Positions 8,001 to 18,137 of a DNA stretch of 30,878 nt are shown one piece after another. Both the position numbers and the translations under genes were made by a program. A model generated the notes under the pieces. The model did no database searches, was not told the origin of the DNA, and saw only the letters and a list, made by a program, of their open reading frames with translations. The stretch is from a virus (Duplodnaviria; Heunggongvirae; Uroviricota; Caudoviricetes). Location: positions 1 to 30,878 of the IMG/VR virus record IMGVR_UViG_2534682158_000010; one strand, 5' to 3'. How positions within the stretch are numbered: the first letter of the stretch is position 1; the number at the start of each line of letters is the position of its first letter.

Positions 8001-11000
8001 GAAACGATAGGTGATCCGGCGATAGTACAGGTCCATGTCAGTACATACGCGGTCCATATCCCTGATTATTGAGAAGATCGGACGGGCTTTCTCGTGCTCA
8101 ATCACGCCGTCTTCATTGACCGAGGTCGTTACGCCATTGTTGGCTTTGGCCGCCGCTTCCGCCTGCTGACGCAATTCTTCATACGCCGCCAGTTGTTCTT
8201 CAGTAAGTGGTGCATCCTGCTGGTGTTCGTCCAGCTCCGGGATCTCCACGGTATCCTTAACGTCTTCCGCCGTTTTAAGCGTTACCCAGCGATGGAATAT
8301 ACCGCGCAGCGCATCAAGGTTTTCAAAGCCCACCAGCGCCATTTTTTCTTCAACTTCACCGCTAATTTTCTGTACCGTTTCCAGCCTGGTCTTGCCGAAG
8401 AATTTAACGAAGTCATCAGGACCGTAGATCCCCATGTTCTGCCAGTATTCCTTCGGCAGAACATGAGAAAGCATGTTGTATGCATCGATCGGGGTGTTAA
8501 CGACTGGCGTTGCAGTCAGGAGAACCGGCCCGCGCCCACCATTCTTTTTCATCAGGTACGCGTTTTTAATTGCCATATCTCGCGCCGATTGCGCCACCGC
8601 GCTGGTGGGCAGATAGGCCAGTTGTGACGCTTCGCGACCATTTTTATAGCTATTGCGGTAGTTGTGACCTTCGTCAGCGATCACACTATCGAAGCCCATA
8701 TCCTCAAAGTACGGATACTTCTCTGCTTTTTCGGTGCCGGTATCTGAATACTCCGACAATACCCGGCGACGCGCGGCCTCTTTGCGGTGGGAGTCGGAGT
8801 CCATTGCGCTGGCTACGCGTCCGGCGGCAACGAAGTCATAAAGCATATCCTGTGCATGCTCATCTACGGTGTCATCACGTAGCGGAATGCGGGCGTATTG
8901 TTCTTTGGTAAACACGACTGCACGGTAATTTGAGTGCGGGATCGCGTTCATCCGCGCCGTGATAGTGGCTTCATCTGCCAGCTTAAGAGCATCGCGCATA
9001 ACTGGAGTGCCATCAGTACCAAGAACAGGTTTACCGTTCTCATCGAGCACCTGCACCTGGCGAATCTGATCGCCATCCATCAGCACATCAAGACCGACGA
9101 ACAGGTAGTTACTGAATGCCTCTTCACTCAGGAATTCTTTTGCTTCGTAATACCAGTTTTCCAGCACTGATTTAGGCACTACATACGCAGTACGGGTGGA
9201 GCGACCGTTCTCATAGTTGAACGCCTCAAGCGCCAGCGCGGTCGTGGTTTTACCCAGCCCGGTGCCGAAGCCCAGGATGCCGCGCCCATCTTCGGACAGT
9301 CGGCGCACCTCGCTATTCTGGTAATCAAATGGCTGGCGCTTACCGCTTAATCCCTTCAACCCAAGCGGATCGCCAGAGTGTTCATACGGGATATTGCTAT
9401 TGAACACATCGTTGTATTTAGCAACCAGCTCATCGTAGCGATCGTGCGTCTTGATCCACTTATTGAACTGGTCCTCAAGCAGTGCCATCTGCTCGCGGTA
9501 GCCGTTCGCCGTCGCGCTATCTTTGCCACCGATACGCGCACCATTGAGATACTTTTCCAGCTGTGCCGGGAACCCGGTCGCGTTTTCACCTGATTTACGG
9601 TCCCACTCGTAGCGGATCTCGCCTGTTTCTTTATCCTTACGCTGGACGACACCGTATCGGTGCCCGACGAACAGGCCATCACCACCGTGATAGGTGTCAG
9701 AAACCATTTCGTCGCCTTCCAGCTGCACTGACTGCACATAGCGCAGATCCGGATAGCCGTTTTCCTGCAAAAACTCCAGAATGACGGAACGGTCGAACCA
9801 ACGGCTATTGAGCTTAAAGCGGATATTCTCTGCTGGCGTCTTGATGCGCTTCTCTTCGATCGCTGCCAGCTGATTAAGGACGTTGTTCTTTACTGGACCG
9901 TCGGGGAGCGTGGCGAGGAATTCCTGTTTTGGAGCCACTATCTCGTTAATGTCGCCGCTGGTGGCGCGGGCGAACGGAACAATCCCGCCATACGGTGAAA
10001 CCGCAATGCCAGGGGTGCTGGCCAATAAATTAAGCAACTCGTCATCACTGGCTGGCAGTTCGCCGGTAAACGCAAGGCGGAAATCATCGAGCTGGATTGG
10101 ATCGCGAGTGAGATCACTGTAGAGATAACGCAGGGTGTCCTGATAGCTGGTGGAGTCATAACTGGCGCTGGAATCATGCGTAACCAGTTTTCCTGTCAGC
10201 TCGTCAGAAATAGTGCCATCCAGCTTAATTGCACCACGGAAAGCAAACCAGGCGCGCGCACCGCTCCCCGATAATTTCGCTATCGGACCGCGACCGGGGT
10301 TACCAAAACGGTCAATCTCTGCCTGCAAACGGGATACCAGAGAAAGGCGCTGCTGTTCGATTTGTTCAGCACTATGCCCGGCGGCCTTCATGTCCTGATA
10401 TTCAATTAACATCCGGCCAATCATCGCCCCGCGATACAAGCGTTCACGGTATTTTTCAGGCTGGCTGTTAATCCAGTCCACCAGCTGCACCATATCGTCG
10501 CTGATTGATGTGGTGTACTTATCGCGGACATTTGCCATCTGGGTAAATGTCATGCCGAGACGGCCTTCTGTTGTAGTCAGGTTACGCTGAAGAGCCTCCC
10601 AGCTATCCGCGCCATAACTGGCAGCATCGATCTTAAGTTCCTTCCCTGCATCAGCTTCAATCCAGCGACCACCAGCATATTTTTGCCATACGCCATTAAT
10701 CAGGCGCATTTCCCCTTCACCAACAACGTCTGCGGTCGGTGACGGTTCAGCCATATCGAGCAAAGACCAGTCGATACGGCTTTCGAAACGATGAATCAGC
10801 TTCGCTTTAAGAGCCTGGTTATCAATCTGACCGTCGGCACGAACCTCAATACGCCCCTGGAAGCCCTTTTCCTGGGTGCCATGAACAAACCGGCGGCCGT
10901 CCTTTTCAAACCACTTGCCAGAAATAAACGTTGGCCAAAGCACATTTGCCGATTCGAGAGTGCTTTCATCCACCAGGGGGATTTTCTCAGCCATCTCTGC

Positions 11001-11828
11001 CGGATGTTTGCGCATCAGCACCACATCAACAACTGTACTGGTCCCGTTTGCGTCAAAAGTACCGGTAGGCAAGCGGTGGGCACCAAGAAATTCAGCTTTC
11101 CGTGATAGGCGCAGGCGTAACCGTTTCATGTTTGAACCTGAAACAATGGACGGCGGCACAATCACACACATGAATCCGCCAGGTTTTATCTTGTCCAGCA
11201 TGCGGAGCATGAAGTAAGACCCCATGTCCGTTTCTTCTGCGTAAGGCTTATCGATGTTGCGTGTGTTATCACGACCGCCGAACGGAACGTTACCCACAAC
11301 ATGGTCGAATGAATCGTTAGGCGTGTTTATAGCCAGCTGTTCGAACGGGGAAATCTGTACGCTGTCTTCCGGGTGTAACAACTGGTTTATACGACCGGAA
11401 ACACTGCTGATCTCAGTCGCGGTCATCACCGTACCAACCGGTTTTGTCTCATTAAAAACGCCGGTTCCCGCCGATGGTTCCAGAGTGTTACCTACGTCCG
11501 CGCCGTAGAGCTTCATGATCTCCCAGACACCTTCAGCGATAGGCTTTGGTGTGTAATATTCGGAGACGGACCCGCCAATGCCGCCTTCACCAGTGTACCC
11601 GGCCAGGATCTGGCGCTGTTCATCTGTCAGTGTCGCGCCGTCCACCAGCGAATTAAGCAAATCTATCGCCTTCTGATTCGCCTCCCGGCGCAGTCGGTCA
11701 TAGCTTTTGCCTTCCACCTTTTCCACGCCGTATTTAATCGGCGCTCGGTGAGATGTTATTGCCCTAATGTATTTCAATATTTCGCTGACACTTGAACAGC
11801 GAAACACACCCATAGATAGCTTGTTCAT
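5061..11828 (-). CDS. darB: DarB, large antirestriction protein with N-terminal methyltransferase-like and SF2 helicase domains
   Basis: 2255 aa, matching P1 DarB length as recalled; MTase-like motifs LEPSAGTGVF and NVPFGG; Walker A GFGTGLGKTT and DEGH box; AAGGA SD. Confidence 0.95.
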   Translation of the reverse strand: MNKLSMGVFRCSSVSEILKYIRAITSHRAPIKYGVEKVEGKSYDRLRREANQKAIDLLNSLVDGATLTDEQRQILAGYTGEGGIGGSVSEYYTPKPIAEGVWEIMKLYGADVGNTLEPSAGTGVFNETKPVGTVMTATEISSVSGRINQLLHPEDSVQISPFEQLAINTPNDSFDHVVGNVPFGGRDNTRNIDKPYAEETDMGSYFMLRMLDKIKPGGFMCVIVPPSIVSGSNMKRLRLRLSRKAEFLGAHRLPTGTFDANGTSTVVDVVLMRKHPAEMAEKIPLVDESTLESANVLWPTFISGKWFEKDGRRFVHGTQEKGFQGRIEVRADGQIDNQALKAKLIHRFESRIDWSLLDMAEPSPTADVVGEGEMRLINGVWQKYAGGRWIEADAGKELKIDAASYGADSWEALQRNLTTTEGRLGMTFTQMANVRDKYTTSISDDMVQLVDWINSQPEKYRERLYRGAMIGRMLIEYQDMKAAGHSAEQIEQQRLSLVSRLQAEIDRFGNPGRGPIAKLSGSGARAWFAFRGAIKLDGTISDELTGKLVTHDSSASYDSTSYQDTLRYLYSDLTRDPIQLDDFRLAFTGELPASDDELLNLLASTPGIAVSPYGGIVPFARATSGDINEIVAPKQEFLATLPDGPVKNNVLNQLAAIEEKRIKTPAENIRFKLNSRWFDRSVILEFLQENGYPDLRYVQSVQLEGDEMVSDTYHGGDGLFVGHRYGVVQRKDKETGEIRYEWDRKSGENATGFPAQLEKYLNGARIGGKDSATANGYREQMALLEDQFNKWIKTHDRYDELVAKYNDVFNSNIPYEHSGDPLGLKGLSGKRQPFDYQNSEVRRLSEDGRGILGFGTGLGKTTTALALEAFNYENGRSTRTAYVVPKSVLENWYYEAKEFLSEEAFSNYLFVGLDVLMDGDQIRQVQVLDENGKPVLGTDGTPVMRDALKLADEATITARMNAIPHSNYRAVVFTKEQYARIPLRDDTVDEHAQDMLYDFVAAGRVASAMDSDSHRKEAARRRVLSEYSDTGTEKAEKYPYFEDMGFDSVIADEGHNYRNSYKNGREASQLAYLPTSAVAQSARDMAIKNAYLMKKNGGRGPVLLTATPVVNTPIDAYNMLSHVLPKEYWQNMGIYGPDDFVKFFGKTRLETVQKISGEVEEKMALVGFENLDALRGIFHRWVTLKTAEDVKDTVEIPELDEHQQDAPLTEEQLAAYEELRQQAEAAAKANNGVTTSVNEDGVIEHEKARPIFSIIRDMDRVCTDMDLYYRRITYRFLPEYADAVQQLADSLPKQATSEDDDSDDSITQQSQYSLIDKGEFIQLQVPEAFEQEVNKRLARFGIDEQTVTHPVTPKYAKLIATLKEFFPEGKQIIFTDEKTQHQKLKRIICNALNLEPSKVGILNAQTVAEAGKTGKKLKAVKPPKELPDEPTDAQIAKYNEQMALYDAYIAQQNEMSLGGLEKIAADFQEGRTPIIICNKKAEVGINLHRGTTDIHHLTLPWTPASIAQRNGRGARVGSNRASVRVHYYCGKGSFDEYRLKTLKRKAGWISDILRSDKSEMENADANDMIEMQMYTAKDDGERLAMMQVQMDKAKAAKRARQKEQATIDLQNYIKAQHAAGEDVEVLTAELERSKAELEKTTADVAKFKQAVMAKAADNADWKARWGSVHHTDRMLLAQYRASLKSAIQRKANISQAISRYEKLLNRTQKAATDIKRLRPLVEDALNKGILDVDPDLVNHASEFLVIGDRSWRVGQYYDCAGDIVRIKSLDFDSQRADVEIIFTFKGTKSGNWDVKTLDKQVDVTPDEDAVMQKISGGVSIAGINDIVSCDDFYRFQQRGMIKITDSYGVQTTESGYSIDFVGTYTDPLKHAVYPDRRDGALKSSIAKWVLGMMSEGNNRQIRSAEAFLVELFGSNYGDVIASYGDTLSPEAIQEKIADAIARMPEKTSQGATRNGDSELEVTNAIFGTNEFRASDYEITTAQFGTIGIYSNKDEIKQAMDAASARIAAERKVNLNHAVAALTQSWVTAIREAATTGKITPAIADVVNDGSKFMDAYKMDAVQLPSAYGQLSYRMTYNLVSMFTDLAILGLVDLNEVTPELLSMRKNHVEILHRINTVLAGRTDEEKQADADRINLALGNITEEEIAARNEKQEELSSIQGDATSIAQSLGLNYRVSTADLKMMYAPKFAAGEVFGLQEASGMKGVLFRAKDAIKAKFGARWLPAKAKNSDFPGNWWIIETKHNVADVLAVIQQYA

Positions 11829-11838
11829 TGGTAATCCT

Positions 11839-11860
11839 TAACAAGTGACTAGTGTTAAAT
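11839..11860 (+). promoter_or_regulatory. Late-promoter-like element AACAAGTGACT plus -10-like TTAAAT upstream of prt
   Basis: Motif shared with the mat-like and lyz upstream regions; embedded in the inverted repeat TTAACA-N9-TGTTAA in the 75-bp darB/prt divergent region. Confidence 0.45.
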
Positions 11861-11894
11861 TCCGTTCAAACACGATGCGAATTATTCTAATTAA

Positions 11895-14625
<2,731 letters not shown>

Positions 14626-14630
14626 CCACC

Positions 14631-14662
14631 AAAAATAACCCCGGCGGCTGCCGGGGTTATCG
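14631..14662. terminator. Intrinsic terminator between pro and the lyz cluster, stronger in the leftward direction
   Basis: AACCCCGGC-GGCT-GCCGGGGTT hairpin; minus strand followed by a U5 tract, plus strand by ATCGTT. Confidence 0.5.
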
Positions 14663-14669
14663 TTAACTA

Positions 14670-14924
14670 TTATCGCCTTCGCCTGCGTGCCATATATTTG
14701 CGCACCGCGCGGCGTGGACAATCTGAAGCGGTTTCTTTCTGCTGCATCAATCTTGCAGCCATGCTCAAAAATGTCAGGCACAGTCGAAGCCCAGCATACA
14801 ATAGCGGTTCCAGTGGCCACGTCTCATTGAGCACATATACCGCCATGAAAATCGAGTCGAAAACTATCGCCGCCAGCGATAACTTCATTGTCGAAAGTCG
14901 GCGGAGCTGCCGGAGTTTATTCAT
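14670..14924 (-). CDS. Hypothetical small membrane protein (84 aa) overlapping the 3' end of lyz
   Basis: ATG overlaps the lyz stop by 8 nt; two hydrophobic segments and an Arg-rich C-terminus; could be a lysis accessory protein. Confidence 0.35.
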   Translation of the reverse strand: MNKLRQLRRLSTMKLSLAAIVFDSIFMAVYVLNETWPLEPLLYAGLRLCLTFLSMAARLMQQKETASDCPRRAVRKYMARRRRR

Positions 14925-15474
14925 TGACCAGTCCCGTCAGGCAAAGCTGGCGTTCTTTTTCACGGCGAATCTTTAAACCTCGCAGGGGCACGCCGTTACT
15001 GTTCACGAAATCAGGGAGATGGTTACACATATTCACCCATTCCCCTTTCTGCGCCCACTTGTGGATGGACGTTTCTACTCGCATGCCTCGCGCTTTGCTG
15101 TAGTAGGTCCGTAAGCTATTGCATCCCATATTGAATGCCGCGCTTGTCATTGCACTGAAGGCATTATCGGGCATGTCTTTGCCCCGGAAGTGCTGATTAA
15201 TACAGCGTTCAGCGATCAGGATATTCTTTTCCCAATCAGCGGCGATTTGCTGGTCGTTTTTTCGCACACCCGGCGTTACCCCGTGTGTATTACCGATCCC
15301 GTCAGTCCATACCCCCGCCGGGCACATGTATGGATCACGTCGGCAACCTTCAGCGTTACCAATCAGCTCAAGCCCCGCCTGGTTGGTTCGCACATTGCCA
15401 TTACCCATCACGATGGTAATCATCACCGCGATAGCGCAAATTGCACCGCCTCCTGCGGCTGTTTTTCCCTTCAT
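14917..15474 (-). CDS. lyz: Lyz, SAR-type endolysin (T4-lysozyme family)
   Basis: Start at MKGKTAAGGGAICAIAVMITIVMGNG (signal-anchor-release domain) with GAGG SD; catalytic E...C...T region; the six-frame ORF start 15516 rejected. Confidence 0.92.
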   Translation of the reverse strand: MKGKTAAGGGAICAIAVMITIVMGNGNVRTNQAGLELIGNAEGCRRDPYMCPAGVWTDGIGNTHGVTPGVRKNDQQIAADWEKNILIAERCINQHFRGKDMPDNAFSAMTSAAFNMGCNSLRTYYSKARGMRVETSIHKWAQKGEWVNMCNHLPDFVNSNGVPLRGLKIRREKERQLCLTGLVNE

Positions 15475-15562
15475 AAAGACCTCATAAGCGAATTTTTTAC
15501 GCTCCAGGACAAACACTCATTCACAGCCAATACCGACTGACTCGATCCCTTTAGAAGGCACA

Positions 15563-15586
15563 GGATAATGCAAATCACTTGTTAGC
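15563..15586 (-). promoter_or_regulatory. Late-promoter-like element (AACAAGTGATT plus TATCCT) on the minus strand upstream of lyz
   Basis: Reverse complement of 15573-15586 gives GCTAACAAGTGATT, followed 5 nt later by TATCCT; same architecture as at mat-like and prt. Confidence 0.4.
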
Positions 15587-15607
15587 TACGTTTCAAAGAT
15601 ATACATT

Positions 15608-15624
15608 ATTGCTCTAATTAATTT
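15608..15624 (+). promoter_or_regulatory. C1 operator-like 17-mer ATTGCTCTAATTAATTT upstream of ssb
   Basis: 16/17 match to ATTGCTCTAATAAATTT; 20 nt upstream of the ssb GTG start. Confidence 0.55.
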
Positions 15625-15643
15625 ATTTTATTAGGTAAGATAA

Positions 15644-16132
15644 GTGGCACAACGCGGTGTAAACAAAGTCATCCTGATTGGTACCCTGGGGCAAGACCCG
15701 GAGATCAGGTATATACCAAATGGCGGAGCGGTCGGAAGACTCAGCATCGCAACGAATGAATCATGGCGCGACAAGCAAACGGGCCTACAGAAAGAGCAAA
15801 CAGAATGGCATAAAGTCGTTTTGTTCGGAAAACTTGCTGAAATTGCGAGTGAGTATTTACGAAAAGGTTCTCAGGTCTACATCGAAGGGAAACTTAAAAC
15901 CCGTAAGTGGACAGATGACGCCGGTGTAGAACGTTACACGACGGAAATTATCGTCAGCCAGGGCGGCACCATGCAAATGATCGGCGCTCGCCGTGACGAT
16001 TCACAGTCCTCAAATGGCTGGGGGCAATCAAACCAACCTCAAAACCACCAGCAATACAGTGGTGGCGGTAAACCTCAGAGCAACGCCAATAACGAACCTC
16101 CAATGGACTTTGACGACGATATTCCGTTTTGA
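15644..16132 (+). CDS. ssb: Single-stranded DNA-binding protein
   Basis: OB-fold region nearly identical to E. coli SSB ([16 protein letters not shown]...[15 protein letters not shown]...); acidic tail DFDDDIPF; GTG start. Confidence 0.95.
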   Translation: MAQRGVNKVILIGTLGQDPEIRYIPNGGAVGRLSIATNESWRDKQTGLQKEQTEWHKVVLFGKLAEIASEYLRKGSQVYIEGKLKTRKWTDDAGVERYTTEIIVSQGGTMQMIGARRDDSQSSNGWGQSNQPQNHQQYSGGGKPQSNANNEPPMDFDDDIPF

Positions 16133-16329
16133 ATGTGTAAAAAACGACTGAAAGAAAAGCGGTGGTCCAGACGCCGACAAAAGCACGAACTCGCAAACAA
16201 ACGCCAAAGTTGGCAATGGCACACGCTTTTCACGAAAAGAACACCCCGAGATATTGCGTTCGCTGGTGGGAAAACATTCCTGACCCACCTGAAGGCGCAA
16301 TACATCAGGTTTTAAGCAGAGGAAAGACT

Positions 16330-17007
16330 ATGAATAACATGACAACGAAAGAGCTTTTGACGGCACTTCCAAAATACAAAAGCCATAAAACAGTTCGCGC
16401 CTCAAAAATCAAAGATATCGAAATTATCGCCCTAATGGATGTGGTCCTTTTTTGCAACATCGAAGTCGTTGAGCCAGAAGGGGTAAAAGTCCATGTTGAT
16501 AAAATATTTTTGCAAAAACACCGACCAGAAATTGGCGGATATCTGGTCGCTTATGAGGACGGATCTCTGTCCTATTCACCAGAAAAAACATTTGAAGAAG
16601 GCTTTAGTCGGACTAACGACTTCTTCGAAAATGGGGTATCGCTCAGCATTGAAGGTCACAATGGGGTGACATTCATTACAGCCAGGGACGTAACTATTTC
16701 TGCTGGCGGTATCGCTACTCTACAAGAAGAAATCGACCTTGAAGCAGCCGACTTTTCTGACGCGCTGATGTGGCTGAAGGATGGCAAGAAAGTTGCTCGA
16801 CGCGGGTGGAACGGCGAAAACCAATTCTGCTGGCTGGTTCCTGAAGGACAGTACCCGGCACGAATGGAAGCCATTAAGGGATATTTCCCCGGCGACCTCG
16901 TTCCGTATGGTGCTTATTTCGCCTTAAAAAATGCACAAGGTGTAGTTGTTCCGTGGGTTCCTTCTGTAGGCGACTTACTGGCATGTGACTGGTTTGTAGT
17001 GGAGTGA
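16330..17007 (+). CDS. Hypothetical protein (225 aa) with a C-terminal DUF2829-like domain
   Basis: ATG 16330 with GAGGAAAG SD; C-terminal LMWLKDGKKVARRGWNGENQF...VPWVPSVGDLLACDWFVVE resembles the DUF2829 pattern from memory. Confidence 0.6.
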   Translation: MNNMTTKELLTALPKYKSHKTVRASKIKDIEIIALMDVVLFCNIEVVEPEGVKVHVDKIFLQKHRPEIGGYLVAYEDGSLSYSPEKTFEEGFSRTNDFFENGVSLSIEGHNGVTFITARDVTISAGGIATLQEEIDLEAADFSDALMWLKDGKKVARRGWNGENQFCWLVPEGQYPARMEAIKGYFPGDLVPYGAYFALKNAQGVVVPWVPSVGDLLACDWFVVE

Positions 17008-17013
17008 TTTAAC

Positions 17014-17796
17014 GTGGAAAATACTAAAGCAATTCAATACCGCCTGCGTAATGGCCAGAGTGTCGAAGTGACCATCAATAATGATGGAGTACCTGGCGAA
17101 AAGGTTTCTATCTCTGATCTGGCTATCGAAAAAACCATCATGTGCCACCTTGGCTTTACTGAAGAAGTGAGCAAAAAGCATGGTGTAGCAATCTGGAGCG
17201 CAATGGATACTGGTATGCGCAAATTCATTACTGCTCGTACCCCAGGGATGACCATGATGGACCTCATGCAGATTGCGCCGCTGTTTGAATGTGAGCCTTT
17301 AGATGTATTCAGCAATCCAGCTATCTGCCAGCAGTTATATGGTGAGATGAAACTCGCGGTTACCCCCATTGTGCTGCATGAAGGATCGCTTGCTGGCGTG
17401 TGGAAAGTGGAGCGTATTTCAAGCTACATGCCTTTCCATGTCAACGGCGTAATCACTGGTGAAAATCAACCTGTTTCCGTTATAAAGTCAGACCTCAAGC
17501 GCGCAATTCTTGAAGCAAGTTGTCGAGTTGTCGGCCTGGGCAAACAGTCTTATGTTTCCTTCCCGGCTGGCCCTGAAGGCCCGGCAGAAATTCTGATTAT
17601 GGATGCCGATCTGCTCTGGCAAATACAGTTTCTGATTGGCAAAAGCATCATCCGCGCTGAAGAACTCGATCAGTACATTACCTGCACGATGACGGATGAA
17701 GTCAAAAGTGTGGCTATAGCCAATGCCCGGAACCTATGTCGTGCTGCATTAACAGAACTGCAAGAAAACACCACGGAAGAAGTGGAAAGCGATTAA
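17014..17796 (+). CDS. Hypothetical protein (260 aa)
   Basis: GTG start with GGAG SD at 9 nt; begins 6 nt after the upstream gene stop; no recognisable motif. Confidence 0.55.
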   Translation: MENTKAIQYRLRNGQSVEVTINNDGVPGEKVSISDLAIEKTIMCHLGFTEEVSKKHGVAIWSAMDTGMRKFITARTPGMTMMDLMQIAPLFECEPLDVFSNPAICQQLYGEMKLAVTPIVLHEGSLAGVWKVERISSYMPFHVNGVITGENQPVSVIKSDLKRAILEASCRVVGLGKQSYVSFPAGPEGPAEILIMDADLLWQIQFLIGKSIIRAEELDQYITCTMTDEVKSVAIANARNLCRAALTELQENTTEEVESD

Positions 17797-17827
17797 AAAA
17801 AATCCCGCCGATTGGCGGGATTTCTTC
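17797..17827. terminator. Bidirectional intrinsic terminator between convergent genes
   Basis: A6 - AATCCCGCC-GATTG-GGCGGGATT - TTTCTTC; U tracts follow the hairpin on both strands. Confidence 0.7.
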
Positions 17828-18137
17828 AATATACGATCTGGTCTACATGATCACCAAAATCATCGTCGTCGTCGTCCTCATCGCCACCATCTACTGCTGG
17901 CCAATCAACAAACCAGCCAGCGTAAAGATGCAGCGTTCGGAGAACATCACTTGCGGGAGCATCAAGGGTGTTAACGAATCCCATATAGCTATTGGGATTT
18001 GCCCCAGCTATGGCTTCAGCGATCATGTCCTCGGTAATGTCACCGGAGATAATGCTTAAACGCCCGGAAACTTCTTCATTATCATCAAATTCGATAATGG
18101 CATCTCCGCCTAATGGCGCTGCGATTTTAATCTGCAT
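17826..18137 (-). CDS. Small highly acidic protein (103 aa) ending the darA operon
   Basis: AAAGGAG SD at 8 nt; start overlaps the ddrB stop; about 23 Asp/Glu including DGGDEDDDDDDFGD. Confidence 0.7.
   Translation of the reverse strand: MQIKIAAPLGGDAIIEFDDNEEVSGRLSIISGDITEDMIAEAIAGANPNSYMGFVNTLDAPASDVLRTLHLYAGWFVDWPAVDGGDEDDDDDDFGDHVDQIVY

Noticed and set aside
5987-11508. Many plus-strand ORFs of 60-177 aa (e.g. 8094..8627, 6819..7157)
   Set aside because: All lie antisense inside the uninterrupted 2255-codon darB frame, with odd composition and no RBS; treated as chance ORFs.
14698-14976. Plus-strand 92-aa ORF between pro and lyz
   Set aside because: Overlaps the lyz 3' end and the minus-strand small ORF, has no RBS, and lies downstream of the pro terminator.
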